This document shows positions 60,621-64,000 of a stretch of DNA of 64,000 nt, one piece after another. Position 1 is the first letter of the stretch. Each line of letters begins with the position of its first letter. Under the pieces are notes generated by a model. It saw only the letters and a program-made list of their open reading frames with translations, did not search any database and had not been told where the DNA came from. The stretch comes from Acidobacteriota bacterium (lineage in GTDB: Bacteria; Acidobacteriota; Vicinamibacteria; Vicinamibacterales; CAVVIG01). Both the position numbers and the translations under genes were made by a program. The stretch is from positions 4,847 through 68,846 of the forward strand of contig JAYTXA010000066.1 in NCBI GenBank assembly GCA_043743165.1, given 5' to 3'.

Positions 60621-61030
60621 AAGCCGTCGTCGACACCAACGTCATCGCCTACCTGCTGCTCGGCACCGCGGCATTCGCTGATGAGTCGCGCGCGTGCTTC
60701 GAGCGCGTCGTGACGCCACTCGCACCGGCGCATTGGGAAGCGGAGTTGGCCAACGTCGTATGGATGGCCGTGAAAGCCGGCGTCGTGTCAGCCGCCGACG
60801 GACCCGCACGTCTGGGACTGGCGCGGCGGTTGGGCATCGAGTCAATCGCCACCTCGACGCTCAGCCAGGGTGCGCTCCTCCGCGCCATCGAATCCGGAGT
60901 GTCTGTGTACGACACGCTCTTTGTCGAATTGGCCGCACGCTCCGCCTGTCGATTGGTGACGTTCGACAAAGCCGTACTGAAAGCGTTTCCCGATATCGCC
61001 TGCCGTCCTCGCGACCTCGTTGAACGTTGA
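60617..61030 (+). CDS. vapC: PIN-domain toxin
   Basis: (GTG)KAVVDTNVIAYLL..YDTLFVELAARSACRLVTFDKAV, 137 aa. Confidence 0.9.
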   Translation: MKAVVDTNVIAYLLLGTAAFADESRACFERVVTPLAPAHWEAELANVVWMAVKAGVVSAADGPARLGLARRLGIESIATSTLSQGALLRAIESGVSVYDTLFVELAARSACRLVTFDKAVLKAFPDIACRPRDLVER

Positions 61031-61132
61031 TCAGTCTGCCACCTCAGACCGTTCAGGCGGTCATCGGCCAGACCCGCCGCGTGCGAAAAGTTCGTTGACT
61101 TGGCTGGCGCGCGCACGCTACGCTCGTTCGTC

Positions 61133-61210
61133 ATGTTCGTCCGCGTCCACCACGTGCACCATCATCACCACCTGGCAGCTGCCTGGCGGGTGGAGTTGCG
61201 CGCACAGTAG
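61133..61210 (+). CDS. hisL: histidine operon leader peptide (25 aa, 7 His in 8 codons)
   Basis: ATG TTC GTC CGC GTC CAC CAC GTG CAC CAT CAT CAC CAC CTG.. = MFVRVHHVHHHHHLAAAWRVELRAQ*. It is followed by a terminator and then hisI. A possible TTGACT(61095-100)-N18-TACGCT promoter lies upstream. Confidence 0.7.
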   Translation: MFVRVHHVHHHHHLAAAWRVELRAQ

Positions 61211-61240
61211 GCTCGTTCACGAACGAACCACGCGACATGC

Positions 61241-61265
61241 AACCCGCCACCCGGCGGGTTTTTTT
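61241..61265 (+). terminator. intrinsic terminator of the his attenuator
   Basis: AACCCGCC-ACCC-GGCGGGTT stem-loop (61241-61260) running into a run of 7 T (61259-61265), 72 nt upstream of the hisI ATG. Confidence 0.7.
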
Positions 61266-61336
61266 GTGCCCGCACGGATGGTCCATCGCACCACGGCCCG
61301 CACGTTGACGCCCGGCACCGTGACAGAGGACAGACG

Positions 61337-61657
61337 ATGAAGATTGATTTTTCGAAACTCGACGGGCTCATCCCCGCGGTCATCCAGGACAGCACAACCC
61401 TGGAGATCCTGATGGTCGGCTTCATGAACGAAGAGTCGCTCGCCAAGACCAAGGAGACCGGGTTCGCCACCTTCTGGAGCCGCAGCCGCAACAAGCTGTG
61501 GATGAAGGGTGAAACCTCCGGCAACCAGCTCAAGGTGGTCGAAACCCTGGTCGACTGCGATGAGGACACCCTCGTCCTCAAGTGCATCCCGCTTGGCGAC
61601 GGCGTCGCCTGCCACACCGGCGAGCGCACCTGCTTCTACCGCACGCTCGAAGACTGA
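61337..61657 (+). CDS. hisI: phosphoribosyl-AMP cyclohydrolase
   Basis: 106 aa. [53 protein letters not shown]. Confidence 0.9.
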   Translation: MKIDFSKLDGLIPAVIQDSTTLEILMVGFMNEESLAKTKETGFATFWSRSRNKLWMKGETSGNQLKVVETLVDCDEDTLVLKCIPLGDGVACHTGERTCFYRTLED

Positions 61658-61671
61658 TCGAAGGACAGACA

Positions 61672-62559
61672 ATGAAACTGAAACTTGGCATTCCGAAGGG
61701 CTCCCTGCAGGACGCGACGATCCAGCTGTTCCAGCGGGCAGGCTTCAACATCTCCGTAAGTTCGCGTTCCTACTTCCCGTCGATCGACGACCCGGAAATC
61801 GAGTGCATGCTGATTCGCGCCCAGGAAATGGCGCGCTACGTCTCGGACGGTGTGCTCGATGCCGGCCTCACCGGCCTGGACTGGATCGCCGAGCACGAAG
61901 CCGGCGACGGCAACACCGGGGTCATCGAACCGATCGCCGACCTGATCTACGCCAAGCAGAGCTTCGGCAAGGTGCGCTGGGTGCTGGCAGCCCCGGAAGA
62001 CTCCGACATCAAGTCGGCGAAGGACCTCGAAGGCAAAACGATCGCCACCGAACTGGTGCGCGCCACCAAGGCCTACTTCAAGAAGCACGACGTCAACGTG
62101 AAGGTGGAGTTCTCGTGGGGCGCCACCGAAGTGAAGCCGCCGATGCTCGCCGACGCCATCGTCGAGGTGACCGAGACCGGCTCGTCGCTGCGCGCCAACC
62201 GCCTCCGCATCATCGACACGCTGATGGAGAGCAACACGCAGCTCTTCGCCAACAAGACCGCCTTGGCCGATAGCTGGAAGAAGGAGAAGCTGCAGAACAT
62301 CGCCTTGCTCCTGAAGGCCGCCATCGAAGCGCAGGGTCGCGTCGGCATGATGCTCAACGTGAAGAAGGCCGACCTGCAGACCATCCTCGCCCTGCTGCCG
62401 GCCCTTCAGCGCCCCACCATCTCGAGCCTCAGCGACGAGGAGTGGGTGGCGGTCAACACGATCATCGAAGAGAAGACGGTGCGTACGCTCATCCCGAAGC
62501 TCAAGGCCGCCGGCGCCCAGGGCATCGTCGAGTACCCGCTCAACAAGATTGTGCTGTAA
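61672..62559 (+). CDS. hisG: ATP phosphoribosyltransferase (long form)
   Basis: [25 protein letters not shown].. and a C-terminal regulatory domain (..[22 protein letters not shown]). The track ORF starts spuriously at 61582. Confidence 0.9.
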   Translation: MKLKLGIPKGSLQDATIQLFQRAGFNISVSSRSYFPSIDDPEIECMLIRAQEMARYVSDGVLDAGLTGLDWIAEHEAGDGNTGVIEPIADLIYAKQSFGKVRWVLAAPEDSDIKSAKDLEGKTIATELVRATKAYFKKHDVNVKVEFSWGATEVKPPMLADAIVEVTETGSSLRANRLRIIDTLMESNTQLFANKTALADSWKKEKLQNIALLLKAAIEAQGRVGMMLNVKKADLQTILALLPALQRPTISSLSDEEWVAVNTIIEEKTVRTLIPKLKAAGAQGIVEYPLNKIVL

Positions 62560-62562
62560 CCC

Positions 62563-63795
62563 ATGAAGATCATCGACACCTCGAACAAGCGGGCAATCGC
62601 CGCGCTCTTTGCCAAGAAGGAATCCACCGACCGCGTCTTCGAGCGCAAGGTCGCGGCCATCGTGCAGAAAGTGCGCACGGGCGGTGACAAGGCGCTGTTG
62701 CGCTTCGCGAAGCAGTTCGACAACCTCGCGCTCCCGATCGAGGTGACGCGCGAGGAGATGGAAGCCGAAGCTGCCAAGCTGCCGATCGACGTACGGCTCG
62801 CCATCACGAACGCGGCGAAGAACATCGCGCGCGTCGCGGCGAAGCAGATCCCGAAACACTTCGACCTCGAGGTGATGAAGGGCGTCATGGTCGAGCAGCG
62901 TATCGAACCGATCGAAAGCGTCGGCTGCTACGTGCCCGGTGGCCGCTTCCCGCTTCCCTCCTCCCTGCTGATGACGGCCGTGCCGGCCCGCGTCGCCGGC
63001 GTCCGCAACATCATCGTGGTCTGCCCGAAGCCCGAAGGTGCGGTCATGGCGGCCGCGCTCGAAGCCGGCGTCACGAAGCTGTTCCGCATCGGCGGTGCGC
63101 ACGCGGTAGCGGCCCTGGCGTACGGCACCGAGTCGGTGCCGCGCGTCGACAAGATCGTGGGCCCCGGTAACAAGTGGGTGGCGCAGGCCAAGGCGCAGGT
63201 GACGGCCGACTGCGCCATCGATTTCTACGCCGGCCCCACCGAAATCGTCGTCGTCGCCGCCAGCGGCAACCCAAAGTGGATCGCCGCCGACCTCATCGCC
63301 CAGGCGGAACACGACCCGGATGCGCGCTCGGTCTTCATCACCTGGAAGAAGGCATTCGCCGAACGGGTGAGCAAGGCGGTGGACAAGATGGCTGTCGGGC
63401 GCGACATCGTCACTAAGTCGCTCGCCGCACACGGCGCCATCGTCATTGCCAAGGACGCCGATGAGGCGATGGCGTTGTCGAACCGCTTCGCGCCGGAACA
63501 CCTGGTGGTGGAGAGCGACGCGCTGATCAATCGGCCGATCGTCGCCGGTGCGGTCTTCGTCGGTCCGCACACGGCGCAGGCCGCGGGCGACTACGCAACC
63601 GGGTCGAACCACGTGCTGCCGACCGCCGGCGCCGCTCGCTTCCGCGGCGGACTGAGCGCTGCCGACTTCGTGCGCGTGATGGCCGTGCAGCGGCTCACTG
63701 CCGATGGCCTGGCGCGGCTCGCACCGACAGTGGTGCCGCTCGCCAGGGCGGAAGGGCTGCGCGCCCACGCCGAGTCGGTCCAGATCCGGCTGTGA
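62563..63795 (+). CDS. hisD: histidinol dehydrogenase
   Basis: 410 aa. VGCYVPGGRFPLPSSLLM, IAQAEHDPDA, APEHL, GDYATGSNHVLPT. Confidence 0.95.
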   Translation: MKIIDTSNKRAIAALFAKKESTDRVFERKVAAIVQKVRTGGDKALLRFAKQFDNLALPIEVTREEMEAEAAKLPIDVRLAITNAAKNIARVAAKQIPKHFDLEVMKGVMVEQRIEPIESVGCYVPGGRFPLPSSLLMTAVPARVAGVRNIIVVCPKPEGAVMAAALEAGVTKLFRIGGAHAVAALAYGTESVPRVDKIVGPGNKWVAQAKAQVTADCAIDFYAGPTEIVVVAASGNPKWIAADLIAQAEHDPDARSVFITWKKAFAERVSKAVDKMAVGRDIVTKSLAAHGAIVIAKDADEAMALSNRFAPEHLVVESDALINRPIVAGAVFVGPHTAQAAGDYATGSNHVLPTAGAARFRGGLSAADFVRVMAVQRLTADGLARLAPTVVPLARAEGLRAHAESVQIRL

Positions 63796-63808
63796 CGGAC
63801 GAACGCCT

Positions 63809-64000
63809 GTGATTGAGAAATACCAGAAGCCAGCCGAGCTCTACGACGGCCTGCGCCTGCACCAGAACGAGAACACCGGCGGTTGCTCGCCAACAGTGCT
63901 CGCGGCGCTCGCAGGTCTCGAGGCATCCCAGGTGGGGTTCTATCCGCCCTATGAGGCGGCCACGCGTGCGTGCGCTGCCTACCTGGGCGTCGAGCCTGAT
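63809..64000 (+). CDS. hisC: histidinol-phosphate aminotransferase, 5' partial (runs off window)
   Basis: Own translation from GTG 63809: VIEKYQKPAELYDGLRLHQNENTGGCSPTVLAAL.. (the LxxNEN motif typical of HisC). Open to the window end. Confidence 0.7.
   Translation, partial: MIEKYQKPAELYDGLRLHQNENTGGCSPTVLAALAGLEASQVGFYPPYEAATRACAAYLGVEPD

Noticed and set aside
1-64000. Scan for CRISPR arrays, tRNA/rRNA genes, IS elements, integrases and prophage genes.
   Set aside because: I noticed no regularly spaced direct repeats, no cloverleaf-like sequences in intergenic gaps, and no transposase, integrase or phage structural motifs among the translated ORFs. A tRNAscan/Infernal/ISfinder run would be needed for certainty.

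Overview
Very GC-rich bacterial chromosomal window. The gene content (DUF1800/DUF1501 pair, many sigma-54 and ECF regulators, many toxin-antitoxin (TA) loci) suggests a soil Acidobacteriota- or Gemmatimonadota-like organism; that is inference only. I saw no rRNA, tRNA, CRISPR array, transposase or integrase.

Housekeeping blocks:
- 2-oxoacid dehydrogenase E2/E3
- HU
- queF
- pruA
- pyruvate carboxylase
- beta-carbonic anhydrase
- hisI-G-D-C

Accessory material between them:
1. 2.4-8.9 kb: one same-strand block holds an NtrC-type sigma-54 activator, a radical SAM/SPASM enzyme with an N-terminal RRE-like extension, a translationally coupled 32-aa ORF, a family-5 solute-binding lipoprotein and a Cache/HAMP sensor kinase. 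This is my best candidate for an undescribed RiPP or peptide-signalling system.
2. 13.8-31.1 kb: a defence island. It contains a Type I R-M operon (hsdM-hsdS ... hsdR) with embedded GmrSD-like DUF262/DUF1524 and XRE-ImmA genes. Next comes an ECF sigma cassette bracketed by about 30-bp inverted repeats. Last is a translationally coupled SNF2 helicase plus a 1094-aa PglX/Eco57I-like N6-adenine methyltransferase that appears to lack nuclease catalytic residues.
3. TA-rich islets: MNT/HEPN, two VapBC pairs and MazEF. They also carry a split-OLD/PARIS-like ABC-ATPase plus TOPRIM-like pair, an orphan BMC shell gene and several decayed genes (an ABC-ATPase/MFP chimera, a HAD hydrolase, a frameshifted DUF2461 gene and a 5'-truncated SGNH hydrolase).
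4. A phosphorelay built on an HNOBA-domain hybrid kinase with three receivers and an Hpt domain, plus a separate Hpt protein and a NarL-type regulator.
5. A His-rich leader peptide with a terminator (attenuator) in front of hisI.
6. A recurrent REP-like hairpin (GTAGCTGCCGACCTTCAGGTCGGC) at three gene ends.

Many long ORFs in the track are antisense or out-of-frame GC artefacts and were not called.
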